From an uncultured Halobacteriales archaeon (GTDB lineage Archaea; Halobacteriota; Halobacteria; Halobacteriales; Haloarculaceae), in NCBI GenBank assembly GCA_964569925.1, contig CAZMWG010000001.1, forward strand, positions 1 to 51,349: DNA of 51,349 nt, written 5' to 3'. Of the stretch, positions 7,640 to 15,961 are shown in pieces. The stretch's first letter is position 1; each line of letters begins with the position of its first letter. The position numbers and the translations under genes are program-made. Below the pieces are notes generated by a model, which was not told the DNA's origin, made no database searches, and saw only the letters and a list, made by a program, of their open reading frames with translations.

Positions 7640-10048
7640 TCAGTCCACGTCCTCGAACAGGTCGACCAGGTCGGTGTAGTCGATCCGGCCGTTGCCGTCG
7701 TAGTCGTAGGCGCCGACGTGGCGGGTCAGGACCGGCTCGTCCATCCGTCGGAAGTAGGTCACCACGTCGTCGTAGTCGACGTCGCCGCTCCCGTTGAGGT
7801 CCTCGTAGTGACCGTCGCCGTCCGGGTCGGTCGGTTCGGCGCCGTCGATCGGCGCCACGTCCGCGGCGGTCCGGGCGGTCGTCGTCGCGGCCGGCGACGC
7901 CGTCCCCCCGGACAGCGCGACGACCGCGATCTCGTACTCGGCCCCGGGGTCGAGCCCCGCGACGGTCGCCGTCGTCGTGTCCCCCGGGACGGTCGTCTCG
8001 CGGTCGTCGACCCGGACCGCGTACCGGTCGGCCCCGGTCCCGTCCCAGCCGACGGTCACCGACGACGCCGTCCGGGAGCGGACCGACGGACCGGCGGGCG
8101 CGGCCGGAACGGACCCCGAGCCGGTCGGCCCCTCGAACTCGATCCAGTCGAGGTTGAAACTCCCCGAGACGATCACGACCCTGAGGACGTGCCGGCCGGG
8201 CGACAGCGTGGCCGTCCCGACCGGGATCGTCCGCCACGACGACCAGCCGCCGGTCGGCCACAGGTCCCGCTCGGCGACCCGCCGGCCGTCGACCTCGACC
8301 GCGACCGTGCCGCCCGCGGCGCCGGCCGCCGCCGTGCTCACCGCGACCTCGTACTCGCCGCCGGTCGGGACCGTGACGGTGTACTCGAGCCACTCGCCGG
8401 GCGCGACGTAGCCGACGTTCGCCCCCTCGGCGCCCGCCGTCCCCAGATCGACCGCCGTCTCCCGGTCGCCGCCCCCGGCCTCGTCGCCCGGCGACTCGTC
8501 GCGGTACGCGACCCCCTGCCCGCCGACGTCGAACGCTTCGGCCTGGATCCGCCCCGGCAACTCGTGGTCGGCGTACGCCGACTGACCCGCGCTCCGGGTC
8601 AGCGTCTCGACGGTCGCCGTCGCCGGCGCCGACTCGTTGTCCGTCTCGTCGACCGCCGTGACGCTCACTTCGTAGTCGGAGTCGGGCGCCAGCCCCGACA
8701 GGGTCGTCGTCGTCTCGCCGGCGACGACCCGTTCGACGGGCTCGCCGTCGACCGCCACCCGGTAGTACGAGAGGCCAGTCGGCCCGTCGTCCGCGACGGC
8801 GCTCCACGCGACCGTCGCACCGATCTCCGTCGACTCCGTGACGGCCACCGGCTCGGGCGCGGGCGGCGCCCGCGAGTCCTCGGTCGGACTCTCCGGGGCC
8901 GACGAGCCCCGCGTCTCCGCCAACCACCGCTTGATGAACCCCCCGGCCTGGTCCCCGTCGGTCTTCAGCGTCCAGGGCTCCCCGGCCCCCTGTCCGGGCG
9001 AGTCGAAGAACGTCGGCGCCCACGAGTCGTCGAAACACCAGGCCGACCAGGAGACGTTGCCGTAGGACTCGACCCACTCGCGGAACCGCCGCCCGAACCC
9101 CGAGCTAGTACCGCGGTCGACGCTCCCGCCGTCGGGGTCCCAGCCGAACTCCGTGATCCAGATCGGCACCTCCTCCGCGGGCGCCCCGTACGTCGGGTCG
9201 AACGGTCCCTCCCCGTCGGGCCCCTCCTCCTCGGGGTAGCCGTTCGCGGGGTAGACGTGTCCCGCGTAGATCAGGTGGTCCCCGTCGAACGGCTCCTCGG
9301 GAGCCACGTTCGGAACGGACGTCCACCGCGGCGAGCCGACCACCAGCGGCGTCGCCGGGGCGTGGTCCCGCACCAGGTCCACCCACGGCTGTGCCGCCTC
9401 GCGCCAGGCCGACCACGCCGCCTCGTCGTCCCCCCAGTGGGCCGGCGTGGTCGGCTCGTTGAACAGTTCGTACAGCACGTGGTCGTCCTCGGCGAACTCG
9501 GGTGCCACCCGCTCCCAGAACGTCGTGACGACCTCGTCGGGCGGCGCGTGGTCGGCGTCGTTCTCCTCGTTGTACGTCTCCGTCGCGGCGACCGTGTACG
9601 GCCGGATCAGGTGGAGGTCGACCAGCGCGTACACCCCCCGTGTCGCGAGCCGATCCACCGTCGGCCGCAGGATCTTCTCGACGAACGCGTCCACCCCGCC
9701 GTGGTGCGTGACCGAACTCCGCGTACAGGGGATCCTGACGTGGTCCGGGTGCCAGCCCGCGCTCGCGTCCGTCGCCCGCTCGACCACCTCGACGGCCTCC
9801 TCGGGGTGCCACGACCGGGCGTAAAAGCCCGGGTCCGCCGTCGCCACCCCCCGCAGGCGGACCCGGTCGCCGGTCGGGTCGGTCAGCCACCGCCCCTCGA
9901 CGCCGAGTCGGGGCGTCGGTATCGCCGTCGCCGTCCCGCCGACGGCGCCGGTCCCGACCGCCGCCGCGGCCGTCCCCGCGGCCCGCAACAGTCGTCGTCT
10001 CGTCGTCGTCCGTCCGTCCGTCCCCGATGTGTGCTCCCCGTCGGTCAT
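7640..10048 (-). CDS. secreted GH5 hydrolase - FN3 - CBM6/35-like carbohydrate-binding module - FN3 - dockerin-like module
   Basis: Tat motif TRRRLLRAAGTA. GH5 motifs VLYELFNEP and IWITEFGW. The CBM6-like segment (about 8130-8600) reads RIQAEAFDVGGQGVAYRD...GYVAPGEWLEYTVTVPTGGEYEV...SFNLDWIEFE. Two FN3-like segments. C-terminus DPDGDGHYEDLNGSGDVDYDDVVTYF...YDYDGNGRIDYTDLVDLF. Confidence 0.9.
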   Translation of the reverse strand: MTDGEHTSGTDGRTTTRRRLLRAAGTAAAAVGTGAVGGTATAIPTPRLGVEGRWLTDPTGDRVRLRGVATADPGFYARSWHPEEAVEVVERATDASAGWHPDHVRIPCTRSSVTHHGGVDAFVEKILRPTVDRLATRGVYALVDLHLIRPYTVAATETYNEENDADHAPPDEVVTTFWERVAPEFAEDDHVLYELFNEPTTPAHWGDDEAAWSAWREAAQPWVDLVRDHAPATPLVVGSPRWTSVPNVAPEEPFDGDHLIYAGHVYPANGYPEEEGPDGEGPFDPTYGAPAEEVPIWITEFGWDPDGGSVDRGTSSGFGRRFREWVESYGNVSWSAWCFDDSWAPTFFDSPGQGAGEPWTLKTDGDQAGGFIKRWLAETRGSSAPESPTEDSRAPPAPEPVAVTESTEIGATVAWSAVADDGPTGLSYYRVAVDGEPVERVVAGETTTTLSGLAPDSDYEVSVTAVDETDNESAPATATVETLTRSAGQSAYADHELPGRIQAEAFDVGGQGVAYRDESPGDEAGGGDRETAVDLGTAGAEGANVGYVAPGEWLEYTVTVPTGGEYEVAVSTAAAGAAGGTVAVEVDGRRVAERDLWPTGGWSSWRTIPVGTATLSPGRHVLRVVIVSGSFNLDWIEFEGPTGSGSVPAAPAGPSVRSRTASSVTVGWDGTGADRYAVRVDDRETTVPGDTTTATVAGLDPGAEYEIAVVALSGGTASPAATTTARTAADVAPIDGAEPTDPDGDGHYEDLNGSGDVDYDDVVTYFRRMDEPVLTRHVGAYDYDGNGRIDYTDLVDLFEDVD
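7643..7828 (-). repeat. dockerin-like module coding segment (copy 3 of 9)
   Basis: DPDGDGHYEDLNGSGDVDYDDVVTYFRRMDEPVLTRHVGAYDYDGNGRIDYTDLVDLFEDVD. The DNA at 7636-7693 is identical to 14164-14221. Confidence 0.85.
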
Positions 10049-10110
10049 GTTCCCCCCCGCGTCCCGTCCGGCCGACGCGACGCCCGCACTCCGTGATGTT
10101 TGGGTCCAGA

Positions 10111-10134
10111 GAACGTAAATATTTCCCGGAAAAC
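10111..10134 (-). promoter_or_regulatory. AT-rich box, candidate promoter of the GH5-CBM6 gene
   Basis: The minus strand reads gttttccgggaaatatttacgttc, about 65-85 nt upstream of ATG 10048. Confidence 0.35.
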
Positions 10135-10171
10135 GGCGATACGAAGTCGGCGAGCGCCGAGTGCGGCGCGG

Positions 10172-13100
10172 TCAGGACCGGTCGATCTCCTGGAACAGTT
10201 CCACGACGTCGTCCAGGTCGATCCGGTCGTTGCCGTTGAGGTCGTAGGCCGCGACGTTGTCGGTCAGGGTCGCCTCCTCGCGGTTCTGGTAGTAGGTGAC
10301 CACGTCGTCGTAGTCGACCCGGCCGTTGGCGTTGAGGTCCTCGTGGATCCCGTCGCCGTCGAGGTCTGCCGGCACCGTCCCGTCGATCGGCGGGAGGCTG
10401 GTCACGGAGACGTCGGCCTCGCCGCCCTCGACGGTGAAGCTCCCCCCGTCGTCGTCGTCGAACCGGGTCGGCTCGACCGTCAGGTCGACGTCGCCGGCCG
10501 ACCGACCCGCGAGTCGGACCGTCGCGAGGACGGCGTCCGCCGCGCCGTCCGTCACCGATCCGTCGGGCTCGTCGCTCTCACCGACATCGACCGCGCCCAG
10601 CGTGGCGGAGGCGCCGTCCGCCGCCACCGTCGACCGGGAGATGCTGAACGCGTCCGGATGGGAGACCTCCTCGACGGTCGCCACGGACGGGTCGGAGACC
10701 GTCAGCTCGGCCTCGTATCCCGAGAGGCCGTCGGGCGCGGCCGACAGCACCACCTGCGCGGTCGTCGTCCCGCCGGTCGGCACATCGTCGTCCGAGAGCG
10801 ACAGCGACAGGGTCGGCTCGTCGGCCTCGACGACCGGCAGACCGGTCACGCGCAGCGGCTCGTCCGCGGGCTCGTCGTCGGGCGTCAGGTAGCCGAGCGC
10901 CACGCCGGTGTACACCGCGCCGGCCTCGAAGGCCACGTCGTAGCTGGCCACCGCGCTCGATCCGCCGGCCGGCCGCACCTCCAGGGTGAGGTCGGCGGCC
11001 GGGACGGTCGTCGTCGCCACCTCGCCGAACTCCAGCCCCGACACCACCGGATCGCCGCCCGCGGGCGCGACGTCCACCGCGGGGGCGTCGGGCGAGGCGT
11101 GGAACAGCGTCACCCGGGCGCGCCCCCCCGGATCGGAGCGGTCGTCGACGGTGACGTCGAGTCCGAACGCCGTCTCGCCCGCCTCCTCGCTCAGCTCTCC
11201 CTCCGCGATCACCGTGTAGCTGGTGTCGGCCTCGACCGTGTAACCGCGCTCGATCACGGTCGTGTCGGGGTCGCCCGCCGGCGTGATCCGCACGGTCCGC
11301 TCGCCGGCCGGGACGATCAGGTAGTCGCTGACGGCGCCGAAGGGCACGTCCGCCAGGGCGACCGACCCGTCGACGCGGACGTCGACGTTCGGGGCGTCGG
11401 GCGAGGCGTGGATCACCCGCACGCCGGCCTCGCCCTCCGGTTCCTCGACGACCGGCAGGCCGGTCAGCCGGAACGGCTCGTCCGCGGGCTCGTCGCCCGG
11501 CGTCAGGTAGCCGAGCGCCAGCCCGGTGTACGTCTCGCCGGCCTCGAACGACAGATCGTACGTCCCGACCGGATCGCCGCCGGCGGCGGGCCGCACCTCC
11601 ACGGTCGCCTCCGTCGCGGGGACCGCCGTCGTCGCCGCGTCGCCGAAGGCCAGGTTCGAGACCAGCGTCGTCCCGCCGGCGGTGACGATGTCCACCGCGG
11701 GGGCGTCGGGCGAGGCGTGGAACAGCGTCACCCGGGCGCCCTCGGGCTCCGAGCGGTCGTCGGTCCGCAGGCCCACCTCGAAGCTCCCGGCACCGCTCCC
11801 CGTCGAGAGTTCGCCGCGGGCGATGGCGGTGTAGCTCGTCTCCGCGGCCACCGTCACCGTCCCCTCGAAGGCGACCGTGCTCGGGTCGCCGGCGGCGGTG
11901 ATCTCGACCGTCCGCTCGCCGGCCGGAACGGTCAGGTAGTCGCTGACGGCGCCGAAGGGCACGTCCGAGAGCACCGTCGACCCGTCGACGCTGACGTCCA
12001 CGTTCGGGGCGTCGGGCGAGGCGTGGATCACCCGCAGGGAGCCCTCGCCGTCGGGCTGGGTCACCCCGTCGCCGGCCTCGACGGGCGCCATCCCGTCGAC
12101 CTCCGCCAGCGCCATCACCAGCGGCGCGGTGTAGTCGATGGCCCACTCGTTGGTGGCGTACGAGCCCAGGTCGTCGTAGTAGCCCAGCCCCTCCGGCGTC
12201 CCGGGGTCGACGTGGTCGATCGTCGAGTCCCCGCCGTAGACGGCTTCGCCGCCGGCGTACAGGTCCGAGACGTGGGGTCCCCCGACGAGCATCCCCGGGA
12301 CGAGTAGCCCCTGGCTCTCGACGATCCGGTCGTGGGGGTCGTCGGGCGAGCGCTCCCCGTAGCCCGTGACGTAGGAGTAGTTCGTCGCCGACCGCCCCAG
12401 CACGTGGTGGAGCGGCTCCAGCAGCCAGTCGCCGTTCTGGTCGCCGATGTAGTCGTCGACCGCCAGGTCGACGCCGATCGAACACTGCGCCGCCCGCGAC
12501 ACCCCGGCGCCCGCACAGCCCCAGTAGTAGTCGTACAGCCCGGTGGTGTAGGCGTCCTGCGGGCGGTTCCAGTCGCCCGAGCGGTACCGCTGTGTGACGT
12601 ACACCCGCTTCTGCATCGCCGTCGCCGCGACGTCGGCGTCGGCGCCGTCCGTGTTCGCGTACGCGATGTGGCCAAGCGAGACCGGGTTGTCCCAGCCGAT
12701 CGGTCCCGCGGGGTACGTCCCCGACTCCCCCGGGAGCGGGATCTCGGACCCGCCGGCGTTCAGGTACGGCGGCAGTTCCTCCCGGATGTACTCGTCGTAC
12801 CGCTCGTCGCCGGTGGTCCGGAGCAGTTCCGCCGCCGCCCAGTACCGGTCGGGGGCGTCCTCCTGTGCCGCCTCGATCTCCGAGAGGGACTTGGGCAGGG
12901 GGTAAGGTTCGTCGACACGGCGGGCCCGCTCGACCTGCTGCTCGTAGGACTCACGCCAGTACGGCCCGGTCCCGGCGTTCTGCCCCTCCGACATCGCCCA
13001 CACCGTCTCCGGGTGTTCGATCAGGTACCCCCAGCCCGCCTCGGCGTTCTCGAGCATCTCGTCGGCGAACGCGGGGTCGTACTCCTCGAACACCCGCGCG

Positions 13101-14098
13101 GCCATGGCGAAGGTCCCGACCGCCATCGCCGTCCCCGCCGAGGAGGTCCCGAACACGTACCGCTCCTGGTCGTCGTCCTCGGGGGCGAGGTCCATGTCGC
13201 CGAAGTCGAGCCCGCCGTTGATGTAGAACAGCGACCCGTCGGACCGCTGCATCCCCGAGAGAAACTCCAGCCCGTTCCGCACCTCCACTAACAGGTCCGG
13301 CATCGTCCCTGCGTGGGGGTCGCCCAGGCTCTCGGGCAGCGCCAGTTGCCCCGTCGAGAACGCCCCGGGGTTGCGCTCGTAGGCCAGCATCAACTGCGCC
13401 GCCGTCACCGCGTGCGTGATCGTATACTTCCCGTAGTCGCCGGCGTCGTACCAGCCGCCGGTGACGTCGACCGTGTCCCCCGGCTCCTCGTCGGCCAGCA
13501 GCTCGTCGCCGGTCAGGTAGTCGGCCTCGGCCGGCCCGGCGACGGTCGCGGTCGCGTCGTCCTCGTGTCCTGGCCCGATGTCCAGTCCCGTCACCGGGTC
13601 CCGGACGTCCGCGTTGGCGCGCTTGAGCGTGTACAGCCGGCAGACGTCGCTCAGCAGCTCCCCGTACACCTCGGCCGGCTCGCCGATCCGGAACGGGTAC
13701 GACTCGTACTCGCCCGCGACGACCCGGTAGGTCCCGGACTCCCCGAGGTCGCTGAAGTCGGCCCGCTTGACCGTGTGACCCGTGCTCGTCTTGTTCGCGA
13801 ACCCCCAGTCGTCCTCGAACGGCTCGCTCAGCGACCCCGAGTGGACGCTCTCGCCGGTCTCGGCGTCGACCACCTCGAACGACGACACCGATCCCAGGTC
13901 CGCCAGATCGGAACTCACCAGCGCGGTCTTGTGCATGTCGGCCGCGTAACCCACCTGATCGACCCGGATCGCGCGCTCCGGCCGATCGTGGTCCGCGACC
14001 GCCGACCCGGTCGCCGCCGTCCCCAGCGTCGACGCCGCGGCCAGCCCCCCGACCGTTCCCAACACCGTCCGCCTGTCCAGATTGACCTCGTCGGTCAT
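10172..14098 (-). CDS. secreted GH9 endoglucanase (Ig-like N-domain + GH9) - 4 DUF4397-type repeats - cohesin-like module - dockerin-like module
   Basis: Tat motif LDRRTVLGTVGG. N-terminal CelD_N-like segment IRVDQVGY. GH9 signatures DVTGGWYDAGDYGKY and YATNEWAIDYTAPLV. Four repeats of the type [LV]RVIHASPDAPNVDV / RVTLFHASPDAPAVD (about 10830-12040). Cohesin-like segment at about 10385-10825. C-terminus DLDGDGIHEDLNANGRVDYDDVVTYY...YDLNGNDRIDLDDVVELF. Confidence 0.9.
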   Translation of the reverse strand: MTDEVNLDRRTVLGTVGGLAAASTLGTAATGSAVADHDRPERAIRVDQVGYAADMHKTALVSSDLADLGSVSSFEVVDAETGESVHSGSLSEPFEDDWGFANKTSTGHTVKRADFSDLGESGTYRVVAGEYESYPFRIGEPAEVYGELLSDVCRLYTLKRANADVRDPVTGLDIGPGHEDDATATVAGPAEADYLTGDELLADEEPGDTVDVTGGWYDAGDYGKYTITHAVTAAQLMLAYERNPGAFSTGQLALPESLGDPHAGTMPDLLVEVRNGLEFLSGMQRSDGSLFYINGGLDFGDMDLAPEDDDQERYVFGTSSAGTAMAVGTFAMAARVFEEYDPAFADEMLENAEAGWGYLIEHPETVWAMSEGQNAGTGPYWRESYEQQVERARRVDEPYPLPKSLSEIEAAQEDAPDRYWAAAELLRTTGDERYDEYIREELPPYLNAGGSEIPLPGESGTYPAGPIGWDNPVSLGHIAYANTDGADADVAATAMQKRVYVTQRYRSGDWNRPQDAYTTGLYDYYWGCAGAGVSRAAQCSIGVDLAVDDYIGDQNGDWLLEPLHHVLGRSATNYSYVTGYGERSPDDPHDRIVESQGLLVPGMLVGGPHVSDLYAGGEAVYGGDSTIDHVDPGTPEGLGYYDDLGSYATNEWAIDYTAPLVMALAEVDGMAPVEAGDGVTQPDGEGSLRVIHASPDAPNVDVSVDGSTVLSDVPFGAVSDYLTVPAGERTVEITAAGDPSTVAFEGTVTVAAETSYTAIARGELSTGSGAGSFEVGLRTDDRSEPEGARVTLFHASPDAPAVDIVTAGGTTLVSNLAFGDAATTAVPATEATVEVRPAAGGDPVGTYDLSFEAGETYTGLALGYLTPGDEPADEPFRLTGLPVVEEPEGEAGVRVIHASPDAPNVDVRVDGSVALADVPFGAVSDYLIVPAGERTVRITPAGDPDTTVIERGYTVEADTSYTVIAEGELSEEAGETAFGLDVTVDDRSDPGGRARVTLFHASPDAPAVDVAPAGGDPVVSGLEFGEVATTTVPAADLTLEVRPAGGSSAVASYDVAFEAGAVYTGVALGYLTPDDEPADEPLRVTGLPVVEADEPTLSLSLSDDDVPTGGTTTAQVVLSAAPDGLSGYEAELTVSDPSVATVEEVSHPDAFSISRSTVAADGASATLGAVDVGESDEPDGSVTDGAADAVLATVRLAGRSAGDVDLTVEPTRFDDDDGGSFTVEGGEADVSVTSLPPIDGTVPADLDGDGIHEDLNANGRVDYDDVVTYYQNREEATLTDNVAAYDLNGNDRIDLDDVVELFQEIDRS
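10175..10366 (-). repeat. dockerin-like module coding segment (copy 4 of 9, variant second repeat)
   Basis: DLDGDGIHEDLNANGRVDYDDVVTYYQNREEATLTDNVAAYDLNGNDRIDLDDVVELFQEIDRS. Confidence 0.85.
10830..12040 (-). repeat. internal duplication (~615 bp period) encoding two A-B pairs of DUF4397-type repeats inside the GH9 gene
   Basis: gacgttcggggcgtcgggcgaggcgtggatcacccgca occurs at about 11389 and about 11999. tccaccgcgggggcgtcgggcgaggcgtggaacagcgtcacccgggcg occurs at about 11073 and about 11690. Confidence 0.9.
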
Positions 14099-14121
14099 AC
14101 GGTCGTTCCACGGACCGTGTT

Positions 14122-14141
14122 CTGAAATAATTTTCCGTAAG
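14122..14141 (-). promoter_or_regulatory. AT-rich box, candidate TATA element of the GH9 gene (near-leaderless spacing)
   Basis: The minus strand reads cttacggaaaattatttcag, centred about 32 nt upstream of ATG 14098. Confidence 0.45.
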
Positions 14142-14149
14142 AGACGGCG

Positions 14150-14167
14150 AAAAAAACCCGCCGGCGG
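14150..14167 (-). terminator. GC palindrome followed by a T7 run immediately after the mannanase-type gene stop
   Basis: The minus strand after TGA reads ccgccggcggg ttttttt. Oligo-T tracts are the usual archaeal termination signal. Confidence 0.5.
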
Positions 14168-15853
14168 TCAGTCCACGTCCTCGAACAGGTCGACCAGGTC
14201 GGTGTAGTCGATCCGGCCGTTGTCGTCGTAGTCGTAGGCCGCGACGTGGTCGGTCATGACCGGATCCTCCATCCGCTGGAAGTAGGTGACCACGTCGTCG
14301 TAGTCCGTTCGTCCGTTCCCGTTGAAGTCCTCGTAGTGGCCGTCGCCGTCGACGTCTCCCGGGACGGTCCCGTCGATCGGCGCGGGCCCGGCGTCGTCCT
14401 CCTCCGCCGGGGCGGTCGTCGCCGTCACGGTCGCGGCCGGCGACCGGCTCCCGCCCTCGGCGGTGGCCACGACGCCGATGCTGTAGTCGGTGTCCGGGTC
14501 GAGGTCGCCGACGGTCATCGACCGGACGCCCGCCGGGGCCGGGGCGCTCCGCGCCCCGATCTCGACGACGTGGCCCGCGACCGACCCGCTCGCCTCCCAG
14601 CGGACGGTCAGGCTCTCGGCCGTCCGGTCGACGACCCGCAGGTCCGACGGCGCCGCCGGGGTCGACCCGCCCGATCCCGGGTCGCCGTCGCCGCCGGACT
14701 TCTCGGCGGCGCGCTCGGTGTCGGCCTCGATCTCGGCGATCGTCGGCTCGTCGTCGAGGTGGACGGAGAAGCCGTCGTGGTTGCCACGCTTCTCCTGGAC
14801 GATCTCCCACAGCATCGCCGCGCTCGCGTCGCCCTCGTCCAGCGCGTCGTACCACGTCGCGTACGTCTCCGCGCGTTCGGGGTACTCGCCCGTGCCGCTC
14901 ACGTGGACGCCGAACTCCCCACAGTAGGCCGGCTTGCCCACCTCCTCGCGGGCGTCCCGGAGGTGCTCGCGGATCCACTCGGTCCCCCACTCGTGGGACT
15001 GGTTCCAGTGGTGGGGGTAGAGGTGGAACGTGCAGGCGTCGATCGTGTCGATCGCGTGCTGGTCGACGTACGCCGTCCCCTGTGAGCCGTCGTACGTCCA
15101 GCCGCTCTCGCCCTCCTTCCCGTCGTAGAACCCCTCCATCCCCGTCGAGACGAGGTGGTTCGAGTCGTACTCCTTGACGAGCGCCGACATCTCCTCGATC
15201 CACCCCGTCAGCGCCGCCACGCCGGCGTTCTCGACCCGGGGTTCGTTGGCGAGTTCCCACACCGCCACCGTCGGCTCCTCGCGGTACTCCCGCCCGGTGA
15301 GCGTGTTCTCCCGCGTCAGCACGTACTCGACGAACTCCCGGTACATCCGCCGGGTCTCGGCGTCCGTGTAGAAGTCGTCGTGGCTCGAGGCGGTGTCGGA
15401 CCACCGCACGTACTGGTCCATCCCGCCGTAGGCGCCCCAGTTGTCGGTGAACGGGATCACCAGCCTGATCCCGTGCTCGGCGGCCCGCTGGATCACGTAG
15501 TCGAAGTGTTCGAAGCCGGCCTCGTCGAACTCGCCCTTCGAGGGCTGCAGGCAGTGAGCGCCCCGCTGGCTGTTGCCCGAACACCACCCCCACGTCCGGA
15601 CGACGTCGAGGCCGACCCGCTCGGCCAACTCGAAGAACGCGTCGACCGCCCCCCGGTCGCGCCACGGGTCCTGTATCCAGAAGTTGTTCGTCCCGCTGAA
15701 GTAGCGGCGCTCGCCGTCGACGGTGAACTCCGTCCCGTCCCGCCGGACGAACGACGTCGGTCGCGCGGTCGCCGCCCCGGTCGCGCCGGCGCCGACGACC
15801 CCGGCGAGTCCCGCCGCCACGCCGCTTCTCAGCACGTCGCGTCGTGTGTGCAT
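14168..15853 (-). CDS. secreted GH5 beta-mannanase-type hydrolase - FN3 - dockerin-like module
   Basis: Tat motif TRRDVLRSG. FVRRDGTEFTVDGERRYFSGTNNFW and WELANEPR are typical of GH5 mannan endo-1,4-beta-mannosidases; nucleophile region is AYCGEFG. One FN3-like segment. C-terminus DVDGDGHYEDFNGNGRTDYDDVVTYF...YDYDDNGRIDYTDLVDLF. I preferred ATG 15853 over 15880 because the AT-rich box at 15887-15903 lies too close to 15880. Confidence 0.85.
   Translation of the reverse strand: MHTRRDVLRSGVAAGLAGVVGAGATGAATARPTSFVRRDGTEFTVDGERRYFSGTNNFWIQDPWRDRGAVDAFFELAERVGLDVVRTWGWCSGNSQRGAHCLQPSKGEFDEAGFEHFDYVIQRAAEHGIRLVIPFTDNWGAYGGMDQYVRWSDTASSHDDFYTDAETRRMYREFVEYVLTRENTLTGREYREEPTVAVWELANEPRVENAGVAALTGWIEEMSALVKEYDSNHLVSTGMEGFYDGKEGESGWTYDGSQGTAYVDQHAIDTIDACTFHLYPHHWNQSHEWGTEWIREHLRDAREEVGKPAYCGEFGVHVSGTGEYPERAETYATWYDALDEGDASAAMLWEIVQEKRGNHDGFSVHLDDEPTIAEIEADTERAAEKSGGDGDPGSGGSTPAAPSDLRVVDRTAESLTVRWEASGSVAGHVVEIGARSAPAPAGVRSMTVGDLDPDTDYSIGVVATAEGGSRSPAATVTATTAPAEEDDAGPAPIDGTVPGDVDGDGHYEDFNGNGRTDYDDVVTYFQRMEDPVMTDHVAAYDYDDNGRIDYTDLVDLFEDVD
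14171..14356 (-). repeat. dockerin-like module coding segment (copy 5 of 9)
   Basis: DVDGDGHYEDFNGNGRTDYDDVVTYFQRMEDPVMTDHVAAYDYDDNGRIDYTDLVDLFEDVD. Confidence 0.85.
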
Positions 15854-15886
15854 TCTCTGTCCCCCGACGATAGTTGCCATCTGAGA

Positions 15887-15903
15887 GTAGATAAAATAAA
15901 CTG
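15887..15903 (-). promoter_or_regulatory. AT-rich box, candidate TATA element of the mannanase-type gene
   Basis: The minus strand reads cagtttattttatctac, about 35-50 nt upstream of ATG 15853. Confidence 0.45.
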
Positions 15904-15961
15904 TCGGGGTGCGGATAGATGAGCCGGGATCACGTCCGACCCTCGCCCGTCGGTCGACCGA

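Noticed and set aside
5555-9077. Minus-strand alternative-frame ORFs 5555..7606 (683 aa) and 7563..9077 (504 aa)
   Set aside because: They are Arg/Gly-rich off-frame readings of the same strand as the GH5 genes. They have no signal peptide or domain pattern, and they overlap the well-supported frames.
15854-15880. Longer N-terminus (start at 15880) for the mannanase-type gene, and starts at 5580, 19655, 22290 and 26750 for other cluster genes
   Set aside because: The extensions add non-signal-like residues upstream of well-formed Tat signal peptides. They also run into or abut the AT-rich promoter-like boxes. I chose the internal ATGs, all verified in the sequence. This remains unproven without TSS or N-terminal data.
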